This document shows positions 9,450 through 22,140 of a DNA stretch of 64,000 bases, in pieces (within the stretch, counting starts at the first letter, position 1; each line of letters begins with the position of its first letter). Below the pieces are notes generated by a model, which worked only from the letters and a program-made list of their open reading frames with translations, made no database searches and was not told the origin of the DNA. This stretch comes from Octopus sinensis (Eukaryota), in NCBI RefSeq assembly GCF_006345805.1, contig NC_042998.1:34348001-34412000 (forward strand). The letters are read 5' to 3'. Position numbers and translations under genes: made by a program.

Positions 9450-12400
9450 TTAGCATTCTGTGAAAGCATTTAGAAGAAACAAGTCTTTAGCCATATTAAA
9501 ATTTCCAAATTTGTAAAAAAGCAAATTCATTCCACTTCCTTGCCTAAGTACGAAAGATTATTGAATGATATTCAGAGATTATGACCTTGTAAATGCCGTT
9601 GTAGCTGTTGGATATCACCAGTTAGCTTTGCTTCACTAAACATAAGGTAACCTTCACGAAAAGCATGTGGAGATAAAATTTAGAGCTTAAAACATCTAGC
9701 TTCCATTTTGAACGCAGTAAGTTCTTTGCTGGGGAAAATTTTGATGCTATATTTGAACAGAATCTGATAACTTATTTTTGGAATGATTTTATTAATATTG
9801 ATTTTCTTATATAGTCACAAGATTTTGGAATTTCAGGAAAAGAGGAAAGTTTGACATTTGAATCATTATCAAGGGTATTTTAATTAAGAATTTAAACTGG
9901 GTTGTGAACTTGGCTCATTTGGAGTTTATTACTAAATACATTATTAATTTGGTAGGTTGTTGATTTTGTAAAAATGGTATGGCACCAAGCTGAATATCTT
10001 ACGCTATTGATTTTTATTCCTGTGAGGGATTTCAAACTCTGTTGCCGCTTGCCTTTGCTTTTCATCCATCTGGGTTTGATGAAGTATCAGCAATATCTCT
10101 CTTACAATTATTTTCATCCTTAAACCTTGTGGCTCTAAAGAGGAAGCTAATAATACTCCAAAATGGTAAGTAGGTGGTGAGGTCACAGCAGAGCAAATTC
10201 ATTTACAGCACTTATATCCTTGAGAAAAACAAGAACTTAGCAGAATTTTTTCTCTCTTCTCCTAAAGGCTGTTTGGTTAAGTATGTGTGCGTAGTAAAGG
10301 CTGATGAAGAAAAATTAATCTCCCTGCAATTTTTATTTACAATCTTCTTTTAATTCTCGACAGAAGAGATTCCGCTTTACATGTGTTGGTAATGCTTTTC
10401 GGAAAAAAGCATATGTGTCATTATATCATACAATTTTCCTTATTGTATAAATCAGTTCTTTAGACTCCGTTGAAAGAAATCAATATCACCAGTCATTGTG
10501 GAATGATATATGAATAAATCAATGAACTGCTTTTTGTAGTTTGGGATCAATGACTCCCTTCTAGACATCATATAAACTCTCTTACCTCATTATGTAACAT
10601 AATATTGTACCATATGCTTCTATCTGTTGTGTTTTATGAAGCCTAAACACTAATAAGGTGAAGCACTATTGGTAAATTGATTTAAAAATTAAATATAGCC
10701 AGGCTCCATAGATTGAAATTTTACTCTTAGGTTTTTATGGCTGCAGACACAAGCTTAGTGTTTTGCACACAGATATTGATATTGTGTGAATATTTACATT
10801 TTCTAGAATAATTCCAAAATGATTAGAATCTGATTTTTATTTCTTGTTCATCACCATGTGATTATTTCCTCTCTTTTTTTTTTTATATACACTTTTTTTT
10901 ATGTAGTAATTTTTTTAGTGAATCTCCTGTATGAAAATTAGCATCTGTGATAGCTAACATTTTTTTCCTGTTTGAAATATTTGATTATATGTTGTGAATA
11001 TTCTATTTTCTTATTACATTAGAGTATCAAGGAAAAAGAACCGACTTGAAAAGTCGATTTCTGAAATAAAAAGCTAAAATAATTATTAAAAAAAAAAACA
11101 TTTGAAATTTAGAGTAATTAAACATAATGATGTATATTCATTATCTTGCATATAAAACATTTAAATCAGAAATCTTGTTTTCTTTGAAATTTTAATGAGA
11201 AATTTTCAAAATACATTTTGAAAGCATTCTGAAGGCTCTGTCACTTTCTCTCGTATATCTCTGAGGCTACCCATGGTTAGTCTTCTTCCTTCAGTATGTC
11301 ACAAATATCATTAAAACGTTTTGCTCATTTTTTTGCTGGTAAGATTCTCTAAATTTCAACTTTGCGCCTATTTTTGTCGTTTGGATTGAATTATTCTGGT
11401 TTATTTCATGTTTGGATTTGTTTTGCAAGATTCTTTATATGAGTTCGTGTGTTGAAGCATATTCTATTTAGAGATATTAAGATAGTCTACGTTATGTGTC
11501 AGATTAGTTGTAGCTGAGGATGGGAATTTGATTGAAAATTGATGAAAAATGCTAGAGAATTTCTGGTCAGATGGAAATTTTATCATTAGTATATTAAAGA
11601 AAATCTTAAATATATTCTGTTTTTGGATTTGGTTTGCAAGATTCTTTATATGAGTTTGTGTGTTGAAGCATATTCTGTTGTGTCTGGGGTAGTCATTTTT
11701 TTTGTGCCTTATTATGTAACACACTCACCGGTAAAATTTCCACATTTTTCTTATTTTTATTGCCCTAAAATTTTCGATGCGTCTTGGAAAACTATTGAGT
11801 CAGAACTATTGAAAAGGTTGCAAGATGTAACGAAAATTTTAGGACAATTAAAAATAAGAAAAACATGGAAATCTTACTGGTGAGTGTGTTACATAACCAA
11901 TGTTCAAAACTCATATGATAGGCAAGATGACCAATCATTACAGATTAATGATTTGAGCTTCCATCAGTTCAATGTATTCTATGTTCCCTGATAGAAAATG
12001 GTCTTACTACAATTTCTTACAGAATGTATGAACCCACTTTTGTAACCACCCCCTTTTGCTCACACCACAAATTCTGCTTTCCCATCTTGGACCTTTTGAT
12101 TTATATTATTGTTTACTTATTTAGGAAAAAAAATTTTGTAGCTCAAATGCGCCAGCTTAATTTTTGTCTTTAATCTTTGATCTCAATTTAACTCTATTTT
12201 AATGTCATGGATTCTTTATGTTTGGAAATGTGTGTCTCTGAAGCCAATTCTATCGATGGTCTTTTCTTTTTTTTGCAAAGAGTGTTATATATCTGAAAGT
12301 ACTTGTCACTCTCAAGAACTTTGGAAATCCATTGTATTAAATTCTATCCTTACATCCATTTAATCAAATTTTTCTTCCATTTTGGAAATGGCTAGCAATG

Positions 12401-12500
12401 CTTTTAGTTCACACACTTCAGCATTATAGTAATTATTTTAAATCTGATATGCCAAAACCTGTTAAAATTATAAATCTTGCTCTGCCGGAAATTAAAAATC
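9450..12500 (-). pseudogene. Highly decayed L1/Tx1-like ORF2 remnant
   Basis: Colinear weak motifs on minus strand: TIDRIGFRDTH (~12.25 kb, EN IDII.LQETH-like), GEERKNSAKFLFFS (~10.24 kb, EGEKNSKYFF-like), LRQGSGMNLLF (~9.53 kb, RT QG-like); many stops. Confidence 0.35.
11712..11896. mobile_element. TA-flanked MITE with ~65-bp TIRs (Tc1/mariner-like)
   Basis: ttatgtaacacactcaccggtaaaatttcc...cgaaaattttaggacaatt...actggtgagtgtgttacataa; arms are reverse complements. Confidence 0.8.
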
Positions 12501-12867
12501 AGAAACCTGCAGTAGCAGAGAAATTTTAGCCAATTATATTATCAACTAAATTAAAACAATGACTGTGTAGCTGGTTGTTCTTTCACCAAAACAGATCACC
12601 TCTGTCACAATGTCAGATCAGCTCTGAGTTAGCAAGCTTAGAATCAAAGACATACCAGCTGTGACTACTCTACCTTCATTTAACACATAATGTATCCAGG
12701 ACTACATTATGTAAAGCAGTGCTTCTCAAACTAAACAATATGGCGTACCGGCATTTTTTTTTTCTGATGTGCTAGCGACTGGTAATATTTCTTAGTAATA
12801 TCAATTTATACTGGAAACAATATATATATTGAATATAATAAAAGTTGACAATTGTTTTTATCCTATA

Positions 12868-13260
12868 CTAGCAGTATCGCCTGGCGTTGCTCAGGTGTGT
12901 TTCGACCCTTTAGAATTGGAATTTTTGAAAAGCAAAAATTTTGCATTATGTAGCTTGTTATTCTCTTTAAGTGATCATTTTTCTGGTTGAAATACATCAA
13001 AAAATGGCGACACAGCAGTCAAAAAATCATAAAAATAAGGATTTTCATAGAAAAAAAGCACCTTTTTGATATAAATAACTTTTGGTGTTAACATGGTCCA
13101 ATTTGAATTTTTTTTTCTATGGAAGGAAGAGCAAGCCTTCTTCTATCATACTCTCAATTTTGGTCAACTTGCGCCACAGGGTCTCAGAGGAGATAGTGTT
13201 AGTTGAAGGCTACCAAACCTGCCATACACAGACAACTTCAGCTCTTTATATATAGAGAGA
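12868..13260 (-). mobile_element. Non-autonomous Helitron-type element, subfamily 1
   Basis: Minus strand A|TCTCTCTATATATAAAG...cctgagcaacgccaggcgatactgCTAG|T; subterminal hairpin, no TSD, AT target. Confidence 0.85.
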
Positions 13261-13682
13261 TTTATTTTGTAAACAAATAATACAATATTACATAAGCATT
13301 TTATAATGTTTCTTTCTTTTCTGGAAAGTTGCTGCATACCAGCAACTGATGGTGCACAGACCAGCACCGCTTTGAGTAGCACTGATCTAAAGCACCTGTC
13401 CTTTTTCAAGACAGCTGGGAGATTTGGATGTTAATTCTTGCAGGTTGACTAACCACATAAAGGTAAATTGTTGACTTAGCTTCAGCATAACGGTTCAACA
13501 TGCTAACTTATAGCAACTAAATCTCTCAAATAACTCTCTAAAACTTTTAAAAATAGAAGGACATATTGGATAATGTAGTCTGAGATAAGCTATGGCATAA
13601 AAGAAGGGTGGCCAGAGTGGCTTTAATCATAGGTCTGTTCAACTATGGCTTACCATGGGCTAAACAAGAATAATCTTTCATT

Positions 13683-15496
13683 ACTACTGATGCTATATTC
13701 CTGGTAAGACAGCTGCAGGAGAAATACCTAGCCAAAGATAAGCCTCTGTACCTGGCTTTTGTTGACATGGAGAAAGCCTTCGACAGGGTCCCCTGATCCC
13801 TTATTGGTGGTCAATGAGGAAACTAGGGATAGATGAATGGTTAGTGAGAGCTGTGCGAGCCATGTACAGAGACGCTGCTAGTAAGGTGAGGGTTGGCAAC
13901 AAGTACAGTGAAGAATTCCGGGTAGAGGTTGGGGTCCACCAAAGTTCAGTCCTCAGTCCCCTTCTATTTATCATAGTCCTCCAGGCAATAACGGAGGAAT
14001 TCAAGACAGGATGCCCCTGGGAGCTCCTCTATGCTGATGACCTTGCTCTAATTGCTGAGTCACTATCAGAACTGGAGAAGTTTCAGGTGTGGAAGCAAGG
14101 ATTAGAATCGAAGGGCCTTAGAATCAACCTAGCCAAAACCAAAGTCCTAATAAGTAGAAAGGTAGACCAATCACAAACGCCTTCAAGTAGATGGCCCTGC
14201 TCGATCTGTAAAAAAGGTGTAGGTAGAAACTCTATAAGGTGCACCAAGTGTAAGCTATGGACACATAAGAGGTGCAGCAATGTCAAAGGAAGACTAACTA
14301 GGAAAATAGTTTTTGTCTGTGGCAGATGCTCAGGAGCAATAAACACTGAAAATGTGCAGAGACCAACTTCTACCACGTTCCAGGGAGAAAAACTAGAAGT
14401 AGTTGATAGCTTCCGCTACCTAGGTGACCAAGTCAGTAGCTGGGGTGGGTGTGCTGAAAGTGTAACTGCTAGAGTAAGAATAGCCTGGGCAAAGTTCAGA
14501 GAGCTCTTACCCCTGCTGGTGACAAAAGGCCTCTCGCTCAGAGTAAAAGGCAGACTGTATGATGCATGTGTATGAACAGCCATGCTACATGGTTGTGAAA
14601 CATGGGCTGAGGATATGCGTAAGCTCACAAGAAATGAAGCCAGTATGCTCCGATGGATGTGTAATGTCAGTGTTCATAATCGACAGTGTAAGTACCTTGA
14701 GAGAAAAGTTGGACCTAAGAAGCATCAGTTGTGGTGTGCAAGAGAGACGTTTATGCTGGTATGGTCATGTGACGAGAATGGCTGAAGATAGTTGTGTGCA
14801 AAAGTGCCACACCCTAGCTGTTAAGGGAACCTGTGGAAGAGGTAGAACCAGGAAAACCTGGGACGAGGTGGTGAAGCACGACCTTCGAACTTTAGGTCTC
14901 ACCGAGGAAATGACTAGAGACTGAGACCTATGGAAGTATGATGCGCATGAGAAGACCCGGCAAGACTAGTGAGACCATAACCCGTGGCCTCTACCTGCTA
15001 TGTAGCCAGACGACTTATGCATACCTTTCCTTCTTGGGACACAAAACTCCACTTGTGAAGACCCGTTGAGGCAAGTGAAAATCAAAATCAAAATCAAACC
15101 AAATCAAATCAGATATCAGAAAGCAGGACCAAAATCGAAGTCGATCAACATCAATGGAAATTGCAGCTGTGATACCAGTGCCGCCCCGACTGGCCTCCGT
15201 TACCGGTGGCACATAAAAAGCACCATCCGTTCGTGGCCGTTGCCAGCCTTGCCTGGCCCCCGTGCTGGTGGCACGTAAAAAGCACCATCCGTCCGTGGCC
15301 GTTTGCCAGCTCCGTCTGGCACGTAAAAAGCACCCACTACACTCATGGAGTGGTTGGCGTTAGGAAGGGCATCCAGCCGTAGAAACACTGCCAGATCAGA
15401 CTGGGCCTGATGCAGCCTTCTGGCTTCACAGAACCCAGTTGAACCGTCCAACCCATGCTAGCATGGAAAGCGGACGCTAAATGATGATGATGATGT
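13683..15496 (+). mobile_element. 5'-truncated RTE-clade LINE: RT pseudogene, long 3'UTR and (GAT)n tail
   Basis: AFVDMEKAFDRVP, GVHQSSVLSPLLF, LLYADDL, FRYLGD, RRLCWYGHV, RGRTRKTWDEVVKHDL motifs with several stops and frameshifts; UTR about 14960-15496. Confidence 0.92.
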
Positions 15497-15881
15497 AGTT
15501 ATCCATACTCAAATCCTGAGCAAAATTTGAACAGATTTATACTACAATGTTTTGTAGTTAATTATTCGCATAAATTATTCGCATAAATTATTCACATAAA
15601 TTATCCATGTAAAAGAAAATAAAATCCTAAATTTCAAAATTTTGTTTAGAAACATTTAAGTTGCTAGATTTTCTCAGTAGTGACTTTTATTGAGTTTGAC
15701 AGATCAAATGTGATTTTAAGTAATCAATTCTTAATCAAATAAGCAATAGTTAAATTAATGTTAAGATATACTTAATTGAAGGTATATCAAACCTGTAATT
15801 AGATATATGTGGTTAGGCAAAATACACTGTTTATCAGTACTAACTAATATTCTTTTCATTATTTTGAAAAATATAGGAGAC

Positions 15882-16223
15882 AACTCCAGACATTATTATT
15901 ATTATTATTGAGTAAGAGAGCAGTGCATGCCATCAAAGTGACACTGGGGTAAAATATATGAAGCCCAGTATACCCACCATGACTACCCATCTGATAAGGG
16001 TATACCAGGCACATGCATCGCTACCATATGTGCGTGACATGGCGATTTCATATCAAGATAAACAGTGCATGACCTTGCAGGTGGGGTCCAGTTAGAATTT
16101 TCTTCTTGCCGCTCAAAATGTCCCTGAATATTATTATTATTATTATTAATATTATTATTATTATTATTATTCGGGTCATTGCCTGGCAGTGACCTGAATA
16201 ATACTAATAATAACTCCAGACAT
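15882..16223 (-). mobile_element. Insertion with 12-bp TSD, (TAA)n-tailed retroelement 3' end
   Basis: TSD aactccagacat at 15882-15893 and 16212-16223; (tat)n runs at both ends. Confidence 0.65.
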
Positions 16224-17269
16224 GTTTTCATCTTATTTCAACCTCATCAGTGAAACAGACTTCTAAACAGGTCTGTTTGCCAATGCCAATCAGTTTTTAA
16301 TTACTTGGATTTACTCAGTGAATCTCTCATCACTTCTTGAGCAAGTAATGTGATGTCTGTGTTGTTGATGAGGTCTCATTGAGACAGAAACATGTCTACA
16401 GTCATTTCCTTGTCAAAATGGTCAAAATAATAGTGGTCCCTGACTAAAACTTGTTTTTACTTGCTGCAGTTAGCATATCAGCACTCTACATTAAACATAT
16501 TAACACTAAGTTAACTTCGATAAAGGAAAGATTTCAACAGCCCTGTATAGGAATGTTTCTAGACTATCCATTTTGAAAAAGAATAAAAATATGAAAATTA
16601 AAAAAAATATTAAATAAAAATATTTTCTCATGTTTTATTATTTTTTTTTCAAAACTTAATTACCTCTTAATCAGAAGTTCATATTGAATTTTATGAAAAC
16701 AAATGTAATAAATCACCTGTTACTTTTCTCATAATTAATCACAAATTAGATTTTCCTCCACAAAACTCTGTAGATAATGCTTACATCTTGAAACATCACT
16801 GGTAATCTTTGGTAACTTAGTTCTGTTGAGCAGACCAAACTAAATTTTGAGACTGTACCCAACAACCCTACTTTGCACAAATATATTCTCATTTGTTATT
16901 ACTGCAACCTGTGACAAAAGCCCTTTTCAGCATATAATTATGTGTCTATGATTAAAAATTAATTAAAAGGACAATTCATAATAACAAATACATCATATTT
17001 AGTAAATCATATGTATAATCATATTGTAGACAGTGTTATCATATTTCGTACAAGTTTGAAAGAAATTTTTTGAAAATTACAAATGTGTGTATGTTGATAA
17101 GTCTGTAGCTCTTTCTATTGGTCATGAAATATGCTTATACAAAGAAAGACGGACTAAGAGTGAGAGAGAGGAGAATTTTTGCCATCTTATTTTGTTTGTG
17201 TCTAAACTTATTGCATTCCATAATAAAAAGAAATCAATGATAAATAATAATAATAATAATAATAATAAT

Positions 17270-17420
17270 GATAAGTGGGAGCCACATAGTTTTGGGGTTC
17301 ATTCCCACTGTATGGCACTTTGGGAAAGTGTTGTCCACTATAGCTTTGAACTGACCAGTTCCTTGTGAGTGAAATGTAGTAGATGGACACTGAATATCCA
17401 TCGTGTGTATGTGTGTGTTT
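17270..17420 (+). mobile_element. Diverged 5' part of SINE A
   Basis: ccacatagttttggggttcattcccactg...ccttgtgagtg. Confidence 0.55.
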
Positions 17421-17473
17421 GCCTTCAAATGACTTTGCATTGACACTGTTTAAGCTGTGGTAATATTTGTAAA

Positions 17474-17703
17474 GGGTGGTGAGCTGGCAGAATCGTTAGC
17501 ATGTCGGGTGAAATGCTTAGCGGTATTTTGGCTGCTGTTACGTTCTGAGTTCAAATTCCGCCGAGATCGACTTTGCCTTTCATTCTTTCAAGGTCGATAA
17601 ATTAAGTACCAGTTACGCACTGGGGTCGATGTAACTGACTTAAGCCCTTTTTCTGTCCTTGTTTGTCCCCTCTGTGTTTAGCCCCTGTGGGCAATGAAGA
17701 AAT
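17474..17703 (+). mobile_element. SINE family B, full-length monomer
   Basis: ggtggtgagctggcagaatcgttagc...gagttcaaattccgcc...ctttgcctttcat...gtaccagttacgcactgggg...aagaaata. Confidence 0.85.
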
Positions 17704-17734
17704 AAATATTTGTTTGTGTCCTCCATGTGTCTAG

Positions 17735-17785
17735 AAATTCAGTGTAGAAAATCCAGTGGGAAAAGTGCCTGACTTTGATGAATAA
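17735..17785 (+). CDS. Candidate terminal exon
   Basis: tttgtgtcctccatgtgtctAG acceptor, phase-0 frame KFSVENPVGKVPDFDE*. Confidence 0.2.
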   Translation, partial: KFSVENPVGKVPDFDE

Positions 17786-18740
17786 GGATTGGTATCAGGA
17801 AAGGCTTTTGGCTATTGAGTACTACTAGCCTTCGGATCACTAACATTATCATCACAGTAATCATCATTATCATGGTTATTGACATTGTCGTTGTCATCAT
17901 CATCATGACTATCACCATCCTTATTTAAGAAGATGAGATGATGTAAAAAACTTAGCAAGAGCAATGACCTGCCTTTCAGCTCTTTAACACAACCACCAAA
18001 ATCCATAACTTAAATCCCTTCTTTTATTAAATATCTTTTTAAAAGTAATCTTCCAGTTCTTTATGAGATTTTTCCCTCCAAAGTTATCCAGTGAGCTGTG
18101 AAGTTATGCAGAACAATTATTTAAAAAAGGCTAATGTAAGATTACATCGTTACAATATTACAAATTTTATCAGAGAAATATCACCACTAACATTACATAC
18201 ACAAACCAATGAAAGCTTGTTTTTTAAAAAGTCAGAGCATTAACGAGGAATAATGATTCTAGATTTCTGTATTGTAGTTAGCTATAAACAAAAAGAAACA
18301 AAAAACAAAAACAAAAATAGGTATGGAACCATCAATACATTTTCCTATACTATTGAAACTCCCAAAATACATCACTCATTGATTTGAAGGTATAAAATCA
18401 TTCAACAACATTTAGTCTATTTATATCATAGCTTTCCAAGCATAGACATATGTGTTTCCATGTGTATGTGGCTACATGTATGTATGTGCACACACACACA
18501 CACACATGTATATAATATATATATATGGATCATCATCGTCGTTTAACGTCCGATATTGGATATTACATATATATGTTTACAAATTTATCTAATCGAATCT
18601 ATCTATATGTGAATGTATATATGGATATATATATGTGTTTATACATTTACACATAAATAGGAATGCACAAATATATGTATGTGTATATATATATATATAT
18701 GAATATATATATATATATTTAGGTATACAGTTTTTGCAGG

Positions 18741-18776
<36 letters not shown>

Positions 18777-18804
18777 CCTCAAATAATTGTTATATATATA
18801 TATA

Positions 18805-18985
18805 GTGAGAATTTACAAAAAACAAAAGACTAAGACACGTGTGTAAACAACAAACAGATGAATTAGTTTAATGCTCAGGAAGAAAGGGAAAGTCTTTTAC
18901 TTTTCGAGCCTACGCTTTTCGACAGAAATAAACAGTGAGAGAAAATAAAAAAAGGTTAATGGCTATGATCTATCATGGTGAATGA

Positions 18986-19000
<15 letters not shown>
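18805..19000 (-). mobile_element. Short Penelope-like repeat with degenerate hammerhead motif
   Basis: Minus strand ttt CTGTCGA a aAGC gtag GCTC GAAAa GTA aaa at 18893-18928; embedded in (TA)n. Confidence 0.5.
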
Positions 19001-19023
<23 letters not shown>

Positions 19024-19057
19024 CATTTAGGTATACAGTTTTTGCTGGATTTATATA

Positions 19058-19102
<45 letters not shown>

Positions 19103-19254
19103 GGTATACAGTTTTTGCAGGATTTATATGTATATATAATGGAAAAATTATAGAAAATGTATAAGTGGTTGATGAGTAAAGCATTGGTACAGCTTCGATT
19201 ACCTGTTGTTATCCGTAGATTTATCGCAGGAACTTCGTAGTAGCGGTTGAGGTA

Positions 19255-19520
19255 ACAGTATTAATAAAATAGATGGAAAAAAATATATATTTAGTACGAC
19301 ACATGTTTCGACCCGTTCTTGGTCTCTTTGGGTACATAAATGAATAAAAAATTAACATGCCTAACAACTTTGATGGACATTTAGCGATACGTAAAACCGA
19401 ATCTCTAGTGAGACTTTTTATCTTTTTATTTAATTATCTACCCGAATAGACCCAGAATGGGTCGAAACATGTGTCGTATTAAATAAAATCTTTTTCTCCA
19501 ATATATTTTATTAATACTGT
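19255..19520. mobile_element. Fold-back with two divergent hammerhead-like motifs
   Basis: 19255-19334 is the reverse complement of about 19439-19520; each arm contains tac CC(G/A)AA(G/T)A GACC(C)..GGGTC GAAAC ATGT GTC gta. Confidence 0.75.
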
Positions 19521-19547
19521 TTTATTTATATATATATATATATGTCA

Positions 19548-20262
19548 TCAGCATCATCATCATCATTGTTTAACGTTCATTTTCCATGCTAGCATGTGTT
19601 GGATGGTTCGACCGGGGTCTGGGAAGCCAGGAGGCTGTACCAGGCTCCAGTCTGATCTGGCAGTGTTTCTACAGCTAGATGCCCTTCCTAATGCCAGCCA
19701 CTATGTGAGTGTAATGGGTGCTTTTTACGTGCCACCACCACAGGTGCCAGGGGAGGCTGGCAATGGCCACAATCAGTTGGTGCTTTTTACATGCCACCGG
19801 CACGGACATCAGTCACAGCAACGCTGGCATCAACCATGTTTGGATGGTGCTTTTTGCGTGCCACCAGCACAGGTATCACAACTACAATTTCCATTTGATT
19901 TTTATTTTGATGTTGATGTACTTGACTCAATAGGTCTCCTCAAGCACAGCAGGTCACCCTACGATCCAAGGTAAGCACAGCAGGCCGTCTTGCAATCCAA
20001 GGTACTTTGGATGGGCTGGGGCTGCTATGTGAAGCTGATGCAGGAAACAGCCATGAACTCATGTTATTTGTCGGGTCTTCACAGTCACAACATATCTCCA
20101 GAGATCTCGGTCTTTCGTCATTGTCTCTGTGAGGTCCAATGTCTGCAGGTCATGCTTGACCACCTCATCCCATGTCTTCCTGGGTCTACCTCTACCCCGG
20201 ATTCCTTCAACTGTTTGGGAGTGGCACTTCTTCACACATCTCTCCTCATCCATCAGTAGTAC
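19548..20262 (-). mobile_element. 5'-truncated RTE LINE (C-terminus, 3'UTR and (GAT)n)
   Basis: MDEERCVKKCHSQTVEGIRGRGRPRKTWDEVVKHDL..., homologous to 14760-14960; the UTR follows. Confidence 0.88.
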
Positions 20263-21467
20263 ATGACTATATATATATATATATAGTTTACTGTTCTATT
20301 ATTGGTAGTATCGCCAAAAACATACTCTATCAAGTGAGAGATGAATATCATTTGATATATGCAATATTTAAATGTGAGCTGCTGCAAGTTTCATGCTTCT
20401 GATAATATAATAGTTGGATGAACTTGTATTATGAGAGGTAAGAAACTTATAGTAGCTCACGATTGAATCTTGTGTGTTTGTGTGTATTAAATGATATATA
20501 ATTTAAAGCCATTTTCTCGGATATGTTTAAAGGAAAATCAAAACCCATTCAATATTATTTTAAGAAGTTATGTTTAATATATAGAATTTTTTACACAGCA
20601 AATTGCTTCCGATTAACTGGAGAATAGAAATTAAATTATTCAAACTTTCTTTTAAAATTACTTGGTTAATATATCTTTAGAAACTCCTAAATATTATCTA
20701 ATATTTAAAAAATAATACTTCTTTTGTTGTTTCTAGAATTTCTGTGCATTTATATTTCTGTAGGCATATCACAACTTCTAATTAGGTACAATAATCAGTA
20801 GCATAATTGGTTTTTATTATTTTTTTTTTTTTATTTATTGAAAAGGAAAATAGAAAATGATGATGTTTAAGTCTTTCCATTGGGCATTTGTAAGGTAATT
20901 GAAGCGGAATAACTACAGTGGGGAATCAGAAATCACTTTAGTGGGAGTCTGTGTCTGAGTAAATTTCACTCTTCACTATTTACTTAATTTGTCTAAAAAA
21001 AAAATGTTCAGAATGTCAGCTTAAATTGAATTTATGGGTCCTACATATTTTCATTTAGCAATTTCTTATCTCCAAAGTCGATAGCTATAATGGAACAAGA
21101 CATTTAAGGCAAATCTCCTCTTGAGAAAAAGAGAAACTGAACAGTTAAAAACTGCATATTCTGTTATTAAGTGTCATCATCATATCAACATCATAAGCAT
21201 TTCAACATCCACTTTTTCATACTTATATTGTGGGGTTTATCAAGGCAGATTTTCTATGGCCAGATGCCTTTCCTGTTGCCAACTCTCGCTTATTTCTAAG
21301 CAAGGTAATATTTCTGCATGGCCAGACATGTTTTTGTGGAACATTGGAAATGAATGACAACTGCCAGTATAACAATGACACTAATTTGGAATTATCATAC
21401 TATGTAAAAAGACACAAACATACACAGACTTACACATACACACACACACACATATATACATACACAT

Positions 21468-21733
21468 GTTCACCGCCTTGACTGGCTCCCGTGTCGGTGG
21501 CACATAAAAAGCACCAACCGATTGTGGCCGTTGCCAACCTCCCCTGGCACCTGTGCCAGTGGCACGTAAAAAGCACCCACTACACTCACGGAGTGGTTGG
21601 CGTTAGGAAGAGCATCCAGCTGTAGAAACACTGCCAGATCAGACTGGAGCCTGGTGCAGCCTCCTGGCTTCCCAGACCCCGGTCAAACCGTCCAACCCAT
21701 GCTAGCATGGAAAGCGAACGTTAAACAATGATG
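21468..21733 (+). mobile_element. Orphan RTE 3'UTR
   Basis: Matches 15300-15496. Confidence 0.85.
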
Positions 21734-22066
21734 GGCATCTTTTGCTTTCTATCTACTAAGTTTGCTTGAGTCCACAGTAAGAGACACTTGCCCAACATGT
21801 CATGCATAACACATGAATATATTTGTGTGTAGAGAGAGGGAGAGAAAGAAAGAGAGAGAGAAAGATAGATAGATGCATAGTCTTTTGTTGGTAAAATTAT
21901 TTTGGTTCACATGTTCTTGTAAGTAGCCATCGTGAGGTGGCATTGATGTATGTGATGGTAGTGGTAAGTCATGTATAGCAATGGAATTATTCTGTTAGCT
22001 AGCAGAGCTGAATTCAAACCTTTCCTATGAACAAAAGCTGTCACTGACTGATATTTCTATCCATAG

Positions 22067-22140
22067 AAGTTGCATCTCTGCTGCTTAATGCCATGGAAGA
22101 TAAGCTAAAGCCTGCAGCAATGCCTTCTGATAATAGATAA
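22067..22140 (+). CDS. Candidate terminal exon
   Basis: atttctatccatAG acceptor; frame (E)VASLLLNAMEDKLKPAAMPSDNR*; AATAAA within 110 bp downstream. Confidence 0.3.

Noticed and set aside
16218-16252. Hammerhead-like CTGATGA...GAAAACATGTC on the minus strand
   Set aside because: Stem II cannot form and stem I is weak; too degenerate to count.
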